Assembly: GCA_964611835.1 (NCBI GenBank)
Contig: CAZTDW010000001.1
Span: 14,033-78,032, forward strand
DNA length: 64,000 nucleotides
From: an uncultured Rikenellaceae bacterium
GTDB lineage: Bacteria > Bacteroidota > Bacteroidia > Bacteroidales > VadinHA17
Reading direction: 5' to 3'
Shown piece after piece: positions 10,173-18,913 of the stretch (positions within the stretch are counted from its first letter, which is position 1; the number at the start of each line of letters is the position of its first letter). The position numbers and the translations under genes are program-made. The notes below the pieces were generated by a model. The model was given only the letters and a program-made list of their open reading frames with translations, ran no database searches and was not told where the DNA came from.

Positions 10173-10261
10173 GAATTGCGGATTTCGGATTGCGGATTGC
10201 GGATTTAAAATAAAAGGACCGGTTTTATAAATTCGCAATCCGCAATCCGCAATCCGAAATT
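10173..10261. repeat. Imperfect palindrome built from four GCGGATT heptads per arm (terminator-like hairpin)
   Basis: The left arm is GAATTGCGGATTTCGGATTGCGGATTGCGGATTT. The right arm is AAATTCGCAATCCGCAATCCGCAATCCGAAATT, complementary with 3 mismatches. The loop is about 22 nt. It lies directly after the response-regulator stop. Confidence 0.7.
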
Positions 10262-10274
10262 GATATATAATTCT

Positions 10275-10282
10275 TATTTTTG
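10275..10282 (+). promoter_or_regulatory. -7 promoter element (TATTTTTG) for GH20 gene
   Basis: Exact TAnnTTTG match 22 nt upstream of the ATG at 10304. The 12-mer TATTTTTGGCAA is shared with the ATP-grasp promoter. Confidence 0.45.
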
Positions 10283-10303
10283 GCAATCTAAAAACCATTT
10301 AAA

Positions 10304-11878
10304 ATGACAAACAGAAAACTTTCAGGCATACTGGCATTCATTGCCTTATCTGTAATTGTTTTATTCCAGGTCTCATGCAAACCCGGCACGCCATCAGACC
10401 TGTCGAAGGAGAATATAATACCAAAGCCTGTATCGGTCACCGCCACAGGTGAATATTTCAAGCTGTGTGATAAAACAGGGATATATATCGCAGATGGATC
10501 AGATGAATTAAATCAATTGGCAGAATATCTCGCAGAAAGGCTGAAACCTGCCACAGGATTTAGTTTAGATATTAATACTGCAGAAGGAATACCGCCCCGC
10601 GGTAATATTTATCTGACTTTAACGGGAGCAGATACAGTTCCGGGCGAAGAAGGGTATACAATCACGGTTACAAAAAAACTTCTGACACTTGCAGCAAAAA
10701 CGCCGGCAGGTCTTTTCAGGGGTATTCAGACGATAAGGCAGTTACTGCCTTCAGAGATAGAGCTTTCCTCAACACAGGAAAAGGAATGGAAGATCGCCAC
10801 CGGTACTATTGTAGATTTTCCGGTTTATGGTTATCGCGGTATGATGCTTGATGTGGCACGCCATTTCTTCAGCGTGGATGATGTAAAAAGGGTTATCGAT
10901 CTCATATCTGCCTATAAGATGAATGCATTGCACCTGCATCTCTCCGACGATCAGGGGTGGAGGATAGAGATCAAGTCATGGCCTAACCTTGCTCTTCATG
11001 GAGGAAGCACGGAAGTGGGAGGAGGTGAGGGAGGATATTTTACACAGGAGCAATATTCTGAAATTGTGAAATATGCTGATTCGAGGCACATAACGGTTGT
11101 TCCGGAGATTGACATGCCGGGGCACACCAATGCCGCGCTTGCTTCATATGCAGAGCTGAACTGCAACGGAAAGGCCACGGAGCTCTATACCGGAACAGAA
11201 GTAGGGTTCAGCACCCTGTGCACAAAGAAGGAAATTACATATAAATTTATCGATGATGTTGTAAGAGAGCTTGCCGCACTTACGACTGGTCCTTATATCC
11301 ATATCGGTGGTGATGAGTCGCATGCAACCAAAAAAGAAGATTATATACCTTTTGTGGAAAGAGTGCAGGATATAGTACTTGCTCATAACAAAAAATCTTT
11401 TGGGTGGGATGAGATCACCCTGGGTGTTCTCAGGCCGGGAACTGTTCCCCAATACTGGTCGAGTGCTGATAATGCCAAACAGGCTGTAAGCCAGGGTGCA
11501 AAACTCCTTATGTCGCCCTCCGCAAAAACATACATTGATATGAAATATGACTCAACAACGGTGATAGGATATACCTGGGCCGGTTTAATAGAAGTTGATG
11601 TCGCATATAACTGGGATCCCGCAACACTTGTACCGGGTATAGGAAAGGAAAATATATTTGGTATAGAGGCTCCTCTGTGGACAGAGACCATAACAGACAT
11701 CAAAGAGGTTGAATTTATGGTTTTCCCGAGGCTTCCGGCTATTGCCGAAATAGGATGGACCCCTGCCGGGCTCAGAAACTGGGATGATTTCAGGGTAAGG
11801 CTGGGAAATCAGGCTAAACGGTTGGAAAACATGGATATTAACTATTACAGGTCTCCGCTCGTTCCCTGGGCTGAATAA
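10304..11878 (+). CDS. GH20 beta-N-acetylhexosaminidase (secreted)
   Basis: The 524-aa ORF has a signal peptide, LHLHLSDDQGWRIEI, IDMPGHTNA and HIGGDE motifs. Confidence 0.9.
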   Translation: MTNRKLSGILAFIALSVIVLFQVSCKPGTPSDLSKENIIPKPVSVTATGEYFKLCDKTGIYIADGSDELNQLAEYLAERLKPATGFSLDINTAEGIPPRGNIYLTLTGADTVPGEEGYTITVTKKLLTLAAKTPAGLFRGIQTIRQLLPSEIELSSTQEKEWKIATGTIVDFPVYGYRGMMLDVARHFFSVDDVKRVIDLISAYKMNALHLHLSDDQGWRIEIKSWPNLALHGGSTEVGGGEGGYFTQEQYSEIVKYADSRHITVVPEIDMPGHTNAALASYAELNCNGKATELYTGTEVGFSTLCTKKEITYKFIDDVVRELAALTTGPYIHIGGDESHATKKEDYIPFVERVQDIVLAHNKKSFGWDEITLGVLRPGTVPQYWSSADNAKQAVSQGAKLLMSPSAKTYIDMKYDSTTVIGYTWAGLIEVDVAYNWDPATLVPGIGKENIFGIEAPLWTETITDIKEVEFMVFPRLPAIAEIGWTPAGLRNWDDFRVRLGNQAKRLENMDINYYRSPLVPWAE

Positions 11879-11930
11879 GTTCAATATTCAGGATTTTTAT
11901 ATTTTAATCTGCGATCCACATTCATTATAT

Positions 11931-11962
11931 AAACCCTGACTTGAATTTCCCGGTCAGGGTTT
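11931..11962. terminator. Bidirectional hairpin terminator between convergent GH20 and GH105 genes
   Basis: AAACCCTGAC (11931-11940) and GTCAGGGTTT (11953-11962) form a perfect 10-bp stem with a 12-nt loop. The hairpin includes the GH105 stop codon. Confidence 0.55.
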
Positions 11963-13036
11963 TATCATTTCATTGTAGGCCGCCTCCATCAGAAGGAAGA
12001 ATGCCTGGCCTTCCGTTGCCGTTCCGGGCCTGTTGAAATTTGGAGCCCCGCAGACACCCTGTACAAGGCCGTATTTATCGACTTTATTATGTGCAGCCCT
12101 GCGCATTTTCAATGCATATTTGAGGTATGAGCTGTCAAGCCACCCTCCCTTGATACCTCTGAAAATTGTGTATGCGAGCATCTGTGCGGTATTTGTCTCA
12201 ACGAATGAAGAAGGATCATCAAGGATATCATGAAAAAGACCATCAGGCCGCTGGTATTTCAGACAGGCGTCAAGAAGTTCCCTGATGAAACCGATTATCA
12301 TTTTCTTTTCCGGTTCCATAGACTGGGGAAGGGTTCTCACAACCCTTGTCATGCCGGCAGCAGCCCAGCCGTTTCCGACTCCCCAGAATAATCCTCTTTC
12401 ATATTTTTTCCTGTCCTGATCCCATATATGGTAGTACATTTTCTTTTCAGTATTCAGAAGGATCTTTCTGTATCCGGCGACCTGTTTGACAGCTTCCTCA
12501 GGATGCCCGGCCACGACCAGAAATGGTGGAAGCATGTAAAAAGCGTCAACCCATATCATATTCTCGATATAATTATGATATATGATGCCGTCGGTGGTCC
12601 TGGGAGCTTTGTAAAGCAAAAATTCCAGCATCCTGTCTGCTGCAAGCTTTAAAGATTCGTCGCCCGTTTCCCTTGCAGCGAAAAGCACCGGTTCACCGTT
12701 TGAAGCAGGATCTGCAACAGGCTTGTCCCCTTCATTCAGTCCGAGCCTGCCGTCTTTTTTCTGATTAACGACAGCATCCTTTGCCATAAGGATCACCAGA
12801 TCCTTTTCTCCGAGTTCAAGCAGTGCCTGAGCTGCCACACCCTGCTCCCAGGCCCTTCTCTGCATTGAAAGCATGGCATTAATCACCTTTGTTACCGTAT
12901 CATTACCAGCCCCCTTGATCTCATTGCCAGGAAGAGTTACAGGCACGTTGAAACCAGAAGGACAGGCATCTATTGAAAAGGAATTTAAAATAAAAAATAA
13001 CAACAAAACCGGCCGGACTACCTTTAACATAATCAT
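11954..13036 (-). CDS. GH105/GH88-type unsaturated rhamnogalacturonyl/glucuronyl hydrolase (YteR-like)
   Basis: The 360-aa ORF has a signal peptide, FWGVGNGWAAAGM, and an alpha/alpha-barrel-type sequence that I recognise as the GH105 family. Confidence 0.75.
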   Translation of the reverse strand: MIMLKVVRPVLLLFFILNSFSIDACPSGFNVPVTLPGNEIKGAGNDTVTKVINAMLSMQRRAWEQGVAAQALLELGEKDLVILMAKDAVVNQKKDGRLGLNEGDKPVADPASNGEPVLFAARETGDESLKLAADRMLEFLLYKAPRTTDGIIYHNYIENMIWVDAFYMLPPFLVVAGHPEEAVKQVAGYRKILLNTEKKMYYHIWDQDRKKYERGLFWGVGNGWAAAGMTRVVRTLPQSMEPEKKMIIGFIRELLDACLKYQRPDGLFHDILDDPSSFVETNTAQMLAYTIFRGIKGGWLDSSYLKYALKMRRAAHNKVDKYGLVQGVCGAPNFNRPGTATEGQAFFLLMEAAYNEMIKP

Positions 13037-13122
13037 GAATTTTAAAATAACAGATCAAAATGATGTTTTTTACTTATACCTTTTACGATTTGTAAACTTA
13101 CCAAAATTTTATTATTCACTTA

Positions 13123-13217
13123 CTTTGCGACCTTTGTGACAACCTTTGCGGGACTTTGTGGTAGGAAAAATTTAACCACAAAGGAACCCTAAGGTTTACA
13201 CAAAGTAACACAAAGGG
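13123..13217. repeat. Long imperfect palindrome: four phased CTTTG(C/T)G units, then four C(A/C)CAAAG-type units
   Basis: The left arm reads CTTTGCGACCTTTGTGACAACCTTTGCGGGACTTTGTGGT. The centre is AGGAAAAATTTA. The right arm reads ACCACAAAGGAACCCTAAGGTTTACACAAAGTAACACAAAGGG. It lies in the divergent intergenic region between GH105 and DUF364. Confidence 0.7.
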
Positions 13218-13378
13218 ATACAATATATTAAGAATATTTATGAATAAAAAATACAAGATACTGTTTATGAAGATCCTGTCACAAATTGACATGTTATCAT
13301 AATGGCTATGAGAAGTAAAGTCAAATAAATATTGTTATTTTAGAATTCTCTAATTCACTATGCCAACTATCTGTTGAA

Positions 13379-14206
13379 ATGTCAAAGATTATAGATCAGA
13401 CATATGATCTGATACTTAAAAAATACCGGTCAGCTATTAAGGATCTCGTTATTTCGGAAATAAGTATCGGTTTATATCTTACTGCTGTCAGGCTTTCAGA
13501 CGGGACCATCGGTACTTCCGCCACCCTGACCGAAAATAAGCCTGTCTGTGCAAAAGGCAACAGGGATTATGGTGATTTTACCCCTTTGAAAATAAAGGGA
13601 CAGGAAGTGCTGAAAATCCTTGAGACACAGAAAGAGTCGTCTGTGATCCTGTCGCTGAAAACGGCTGTCCTGAATGCTGTGTCTTCAGGGTTTATCACGC
13701 CCGGGCGGTACAGGATAATTGATGATTGCGATCCGGTTGAACTGCTGGATCTCGAACCGGATAAAACAATTACCATTGTAGGGGCATTCCAGTCATATAT
13801 AAGGAAAGTCTCACAGACTCCCAATAAGCTTTTTGTACTTGAATTGAGTGCGAATGCCCTTACTCCTGAGCAGAAACAATATTATGTTCCGGCTGATAAT
13901 TTCAGGGAAATACTGCCACTGTCGGATATTGTGATAATTACGGGACAAACACTGGTGAACAGGACGATTGACGATCTGCTTTCAGCCGTATCTCCCACAT
14001 CAAAGGTTGTAGTAACGGGACCTTCGGGTAATATTCTTCCCGATGTCTTATTTGAGAACAAAGTAAACCTGATAGGTGCAATAAGGATAACCAGGCCCGA
14101 ACTGCTTTTTGACATTGTCAGCCAGGGGGGGACAGGCTTTCATCTTTTTGAATATTGTGCACGGAAAATATGTATTTTGAGAAACGATGGAACATCCCCT
14201 GAGTGA
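13379..14206 (+). CDS. DUF4213/DUF364 domain protein (putative heavy-metal chelation fold)
   Basis: The 275-aa ORF carries ITIVGAFQSY and VIITGQTLVNRTIDDLL motifs typical of DUF364 as I recall the family. Confidence 0.6.
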   Translation: MSKIIDQTYDLILKKYRSAIKDLVISEISIGLYLTAVRLSDGTIGTSATLTENKPVCAKGNRDYGDFTPLKIKGQEVLKILETQKESSVILSLKTAVLNAVSSGFITPGRYRIIDDCDPVELLDLEPDKTITIVGAFQSYIRKVSQTPNKLFVLELSANALTPEQKQYYVPADNFREILPLSDIVIITGQTLVNRTIDDLLSAVSPTSKVVVTGPSGNILPDVLFENKVNLIGAIRITRPELLFDIVSQGGTGFHLFEYCARKICILRNDGTSPE

Positions 14207-15914
14207 AAAATGGATTAAGGCTTCAATAACGGGAACAATCTGGGCTGCATCGGAGATAGTTCTGGGAAGTTTTCTGCATAACCTTAAAGTGCCGTTCAGT
14301 GGCAACATACTGACCGCTATCGGGTTGGTTATACTTATTTCAATGAGTTACAAGTGGGCTGAAAAAGGCTTGTTCTGGAGGGCAGGGCTCATATGTGCAC
14401 TTATGAAAACCATGTCGCCCAGTGCAGTTATTTTCGGGCCGATGATAGCCATCATTGCCGAGTCTCTGATCCTTGAACTTTTTACCCGCCTTTCGGGCAG
14501 AACTTATGCAGGTTACATACTCGGCGCCATGGTCGCCATGAGCTGGAATCTTTTTCAGAAGATCATTAATTATATAATTTTTTATGGCGCCAGTATTGTG
14601 GATGTATATGTTGATCTTCTCAAACTTGCGCAAAAACAACTCAATATTAATACCGACCTGGTATGGCTGCCGATAATTGTATTATTGATAGTATATGCAT
14701 TGTTTGGTCTTCTGGCTGCAGTTACAGGTATAAGAGTGGGAAGAAGAATGCTGAGGCAACCCGGTCAGTTCACCAGGGCTGAAATGAAGGAAACTGTAAC
14801 TGAAGTTTCAGGCAAGTCAGACAGTCCATTTAATTATTCTATCGGATGGCTGATTCTCAATGTTATCATTATAATTTTTTCTTTTTTTCTGCTTAACAAA
14901 GCTCACTGGATAGTCTGGAGCCTCACGATCACAGGTATAATAATTATCTGGTCATTTAGATACAGGAGAGCTTTCAGGCAGCTTTCAAAACCCGGATTCT
15001 GGATATTTTTCGTGATCATCACGCTTATTACAGCTTTTGTTTTCACCAGGGCCCAGTCGGGTGAGAATATGTTGCAGAAAGGGCTTCTGACCGGATTTCA
15101 GATGAATTTCAGGGCGGCACTTATTATTACAGGTTTTTCCGTTTTGGGGACAGAATTATATAATCCGGTTATAAGAAACTTCTTTTTAAAAACATCATTC
15201 AAACACCTTCCTCTGGCATTGGAGCTTTCAGTTGAAAGCCTTCCGGCTTTCATATCTAAAATGCCTGATTTCAGGACACTAATTAAGAATCCGGTTTCTA
15301 TTTTATATGATGTCATGGCAGAAGCAGATAAAAAACTATCTGAAATCAGATTTATAGCCGGGAAATCCAAACGAGTCTATGTGATAACTGGAAAAACTGG
15401 AGAAGGTAAAACAACCTTTGTGAAGAACCTGATAAAAGTTTTAACTCAAAAAGGCATTTCAACATTTGGTATCATCTCGGAAAAAATTACCAGTCATTCA
15501 GAAGTTACAGGTTATGATGTGGTTAATATAAAAACTGGCGAGAAGGAAGTATTCTTACGACTTAATGAAGATTGTGGTCAAGAAAAGATCGGAAGGTATA
15601 CCATTTGTAAGAATGGTTTGGAATTTGGCAGGAATGTTTTAAAAACAATTGTTCCATTCAAGAATTCTTTTATCATCATAGATGAGGTCGGAGTACTTGA
15701 ACTTAAAAGTTCGGGATGGGCTGAAAGTATTGACCAGCTGACCGGCGCCGGCGTGGATAATCTTTTACTGGTTGTTCGTGAAACAAACCTCGCCTCTGTC
15801 ATGAAACGATGGAATCTTGAGGATGCAATTATTTTCAATATTGCAAAAGTCAGTCACTCTGAAGCTATCGACACAATTATTGAACATGCAGGAATAAAAT
15901 CACTTGTGCAATGA
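14187..15914 (+). CDS. Fusion protein: about 370-aa polytopic membrane domain plus C-terminal P-loop NTPase (THEP1/DUF2478-like)
   Basis: The 575-aa ORF has many hydrophobic helices in its N-terminal two thirds. The C-terminus has Walker A VITGKTGEGKTT and Walker-B-like FIIIDEVGVLE. It overlaps the DUF364 gene by 20 nt. Confidence 0.6.
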   Translation: MEHPLSEKWIKASITGTIWAASEIVLGSFLHNLKVPFSGNILTAIGLVILISMSYKWAEKGLFWRAGLICALMKTMSPSAVIFGPMIAIIAESLILELFTRLSGRTYAGYILGAMVAMSWNLFQKIINYIIFYGASIVDVYVDLLKLAQKQLNINTDLVWLPIIVLLIVYALFGLLAAVTGIRVGRRMLRQPGQFTRAEMKETVTEVSGKSDSPFNYSIGWLILNVIIIIFSFFLLNKAHWIVWSLTITGIIIIWSFRYRRAFRQLSKPGFWIFFVIITLITAFVFTRAQSGENMLQKGLLTGFQMNFRAALIITGFSVLGTELYNPVIRNFFLKTSFKHLPLALELSVESLPAFISKMPDFRTLIKNPVSILYDVMAEADKKLSEIRFIAGKSKRVYVITGKTGEGKTTFVKNLIKVLTQKGISTFGIISEKITSHSEVTGYDVVNIKTGEKEVFLRLNEDCGQEKIGRYTICKNGLEFGRNVLKTIVPFKNSFIIIDEVGVLELKSSGWAESIDQLTGAGVDNLLLVVRETNLASVMKRWNLEDAIIFNIAKVSHSEAIDTIIEHAGIKSLVQ

Positions 15915-17054
15915 TTTTCTGAGCCTTTTTGTTTTCATTTTTACAAAGTCCATAAGCACTTCCCAGCTACGAATGAACTCAGGTAAAGGATCCCTTGCAA
16001 TCAAAGCAAGTCTTGTGTGACGAAATTTTATCGGCATTTTGTTCTTCAGGAAAAAATTCCTGAAATGAGTTTGAAGGGCTGCTTTTGTACAATAATAAGT
16101 TCCGGTTGCAGAATCAGAGAAATTAATTTGTTTACCTAATGAGTACGCTGTTACAAGCAAGGGGAAATTTACGCCCATAAACATTGATCCTTCAAGAGTA
16201 CTCCAGTATCTTGCATTGAAATCAAGCAAGACAAATTTGCAATTCTTAGAATCGTAACGGAAATCCATGTTTGCAACCCCGGTGTATCTGAGTTTTTCCA
16301 CTATTGATGACGCAAGTTCAAAAAGCTCTTGATTTTTCACAAATTCGGTTCCTCTTGAATATGTAAGTTGTCCTGAAAAAATTGCCTTCTGAATGGTATG
16401 GAAAAGTATTTCACCATTAATGGAAAATATGTTGACTCCTATATCGTAGCCATTAATGTATTCCTGTATAAAATAATCGTTTTCAGATAAATGGTCCGAG
16501 GTGAGAATCAAATTCAGTTGTTCCTTTGTCTCTATTATTCTTATGCCTTCGCCTCCAAGACCTAAAGCAGGTTTTAATAATACAGGGAATGATAGACTAC
16601 CTGAAACGCTGTTTATGCTATCCTTGTCATTCAACAAAACAGATCGTGATGAGGGGAAGTTATTGGTTTCAAGCCAGTTATTTAATTTACGCTTATCATT
16701 TACAGTTTCTATGGTAGTTATATCAGAAACAGGATGTACCCTGACCACAGCTTCAAGAGCAGCCTTGTTTTTCCATAATAGTTTTGATATCCACTCTCTT
16801 GTCGGAATAATAAAATCGGCAGATATTTTTAACGCAACCGTTGTTACAACATCCACAAAATTCTTTTCAGTCAGTTGCATTGGAAAAATCTGCTTCAGAT
16901 ATCTGGAGTATCGGTAATAATTGGGTTTTTTATGTGATGAAACAAGCACATAGATACTGATATTTTTATGATCTGAGAAGCTTCTAATAAGCGACAGAAC
17001 AAAAGATGAATTATCATCAATTATCAGAACCGAAAGTTTTTCTTCAAACAGCAT
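15900..17054 (-). CDS. ATP-grasp domain protein (carboxylate-amine ligase type)
   Basis: The 384-aa ORF carries FPVLLKPALGLGGEGIRII, FIQEYINGYDIGVNIF and LLDFNARYW motifs characteristic of ATP-grasp enzymes. Confidence 0.75.
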   Translation of the reverse strand: MLFEEKLSVLIIDDNSSFVLSLIRSFSDHKNISIYVLVSSHKKPNYYRYSRYLKQIFPMQLTEKNFVDVVTTVALKISADFIIPTREWISKLLWKNKAALEAVVRVHPVSDITTIETVNDKRKLNNWLETNNFPSSRSVLLNDKDSINSVSGSLSFPVLLKPALGLGGEGIRIIETKEQLNLILTSDHLSENDYFIQEYINGYDIGVNIFSINGEILFHTIQKAIFSGQLTYSRGTEFVKNQELFELASSIVEKLRYTGVANMDFRYDSKNCKFVLLDFNARYWSTLEGSMFMGVNFPLLVTAYSLGKQINFSDSATGTYYCTKAALQTHFRNFFLKNKMPIKFRHTRLALIARDPLPEFIRSWEVLMDFVKMKTKRLRKSLHK

Positions 17055-17074
17055 TTAAGTACTAAAAAAGTTGC

Positions 17075-17082
17075 CAAAAATA
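17075..17082 (-). promoter_or_regulatory. -7 promoter element (TATTTTTG) for the ATP-grasp gene
   Basis: Exact TAnnTTTG match on the minus strand, 20 nt upstream of the ATG at 17054. Confidence 0.45.
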
Positions 17083-17212
17083 GCTATTTGTAAATTCTAA
17101 ATAGTATGTTTCTTCTGATAATTGATTTATTTATTGACGAGATATTAAAAACTGCTGACAAAAGATCTGCGGGTAGCGTAAAATTGGTAGTAAAAGGTTG
17201 ACAAGCATGCAG

Positions 17213-18727
17213 TCAATTTGTGGTTTTGAGAGTATTATCCGTAACTTTTGTGCATGATACGAAGGATATTGCCTGCATGGCTGGATTCGATGGTGAAGAT
17301 GATACTGTCATATTATTAAGATTCATATTGTTAACCTTAAATGCCTTTATTGAGTGTGTATAATAACCGGCTTTAACTTCACACCAGCCTATATTTCCCT
17401 GGTTAAAATTTATGTTTTCAGCATTTTCGATGTAAACGACAGGCACCTCCGATTCATATATCTCTTTTCCCGGAACCAGATTGGGCCTGAGATCGAAATT
17501 GCCTCCGCTTTCCTTGTCAAGCCTGCTTTGCCGCAAAATGAATTCAAAGTTGCTGAAGAAAATATTTGAAAGCTTCGTCTCCTCAGATGCATACATCAAT
17601 ATTGCATTTTCTCCCCGGCAGGTAATATTGTCAAAGAAAATGTTCCTGATGTCCCCTATCCGGTTTCCGGCTACTCCGCGCATTGCAGAGATCTTTATGG
17701 GTTCGCCGTTACCCCACCAGTCGCCCGTATGAAGGCGGGTTTCGATCCTGATGTTGCTGAAATTCACATTGCTCACAGATCCCGAATCCCTTACTGTAAT
17801 GTTAATTCCGCAATTGGAATCGAAGATTGTGATATTGCTGAAATTGTAATTTGACATGTGATTCTGATCCCATCCTCCGATCCTTATGCCACTCGATCGC
17901 GACTGCAATATGCAGTTTGAAACATTTATATTCCGTGATGGCCTTAATATTCCCTTAAATCCGGGATCGCCAAAATGATGTGCATATCCTGCAAGCACAA
18001 CAGCATCGTCGCCAGTTGTTATTATGCAATCGGAAACGTTGACATTGCTGCTGGAAACAATATCCAGGCCGTCGTTATTGGGTATCATCAGGTTATTGTC
18101 GACAGAGATGCCTGTGACATCCACCCTGTCGCAGTGAACAATAAGTATTGTCCAATAGGGTGCGTCGACACACTCGAATCCCGACAGAAACACCTTCCTG
18201 CAGTTGCTGAATACAATCATCTGATGATATCTGTCTTTGGGCATGAGGGGACCATCGCCGAGTCCGTTTTCAACCTTCCTGAAGTCATATTTCTGGCGGA
18301 TGAATTTATTCACCTCCCCCCTGATGACTTTTGCACTGTCCTTATACATAAATTCAATCCCCTGTCCGCAGATCTTTCCCGGTCCGGTTATTGAGACATT
18401 CTCTGCGTCCTCAGTATAAAAAAGACCGGCAAGATGTTCCATATGTTTCTGATAATGCGAAAGATCAGTTGAGGCTTTAATTATCGAGCCCATTCCGAGA
18501 TGGAATTCTACGTTAGAACGAAGGTTAAGTGTTCCCGTGAGATATTCTCCCCGGGGTACGAAAACAGTGCCTCCTCCCTCTGTGTAACACCTGTCTATCG
18601 CATTCTGTATCATGACAGTGGTTATTTCCCTGCCATTGTTTTTTGCACCAAAATCCATGACATTGTAAACTTCAGCTTTTGAGGCAAAAGTCAGTCCTGA
18701 TAAAAAAAGGCATAGCAATATCCGCAT
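17213..18727 (-). CDS. GH28 polygalacturonase-family glycoside hydrolase (secreted)
   Basis: The 504-aa ORF has a signal peptide, NNDGLDI, TGDDAVVL and a RSSGIRIGG parallel beta-helix signature. Confidence 0.85.
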   Translation of the reverse strand: MRILLCLFLSGLTFASKAEVYNVMDFGAKNNGREITTVMIQNAIDRCYTEGGGTVFVPRGEYLTGTLNLRSNVEFHLGMGSIIKASTDLSHYQKHMEHLAGLFYTEDAENVSITGPGKICGQGIEFMYKDSAKVIRGEVNKFIRQKYDFRKVENGLGDGPLMPKDRYHQMIVFSNCRKVFLSGFECVDAPYWTILIVHCDRVDVTGISVDNNLMIPNNDGLDIVSSSNVNVSDCIITTGDDAVVLAGYAHHFGDPGFKGILRPSRNINVSNCILQSRSSGIRIGGWDQNHMSNYNFSNITIFDSNCGINITVRDSGSVSNVNFSNIRIETRLHTGDWWGNGEPIKISAMRGVAGNRIGDIRNIFFDNITCRGENAILMYASEETKLSNIFFSNFEFILRQSRLDKESGGNFDLRPNLVPGKEIYESEVPVVYIENAENINFNQGNIGWCEVKAGYYTHSIKAFKVNNMNLNNMTVSSSPSNPAMQAISFVSCTKVTDNTLKTTN

Positions 18728-18913
18728 TTGATTTTTCTGTTATTTATTGATTTTTAAGCCTAAATTTAAACCGAATATTTGTTAATATTCGGACTAATTT
18801 TTCACAATCCGGTTTATTTGCAATAAAACCTCCATGTATTACAATACACAAGCACAACAATATATTAATAATCTACATGTAGGTTCCGTTATACCATTAA
18901 AATAAATTATTAA

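Noticed and set aside
13123-13217. CRISPR array interpretation of the phased short repeats (also at 10173, 45732, 47641 and 50961)
   Set aside because: The repeat units are only 7 nt, spaced by 3-5 nt, and are mirrored as inverted copies. There are no 25-40-nt repeats separated by unique spacers, and no cas genes.
17131-17208. A 25-codon ORF (MLVNLLLPILRYPQIFCQQFLISRQ) upstream of the ATP-grasp gene, considered as a graspetide precursor
   Set aside because: It lies upstream of the predicted ATP-grasp promoter motif. It is hydrophobic and lacks the Thr/Ser plus Asp/Glu or Lys-rich core expected for ATP-grasp-crosslinked peptides.
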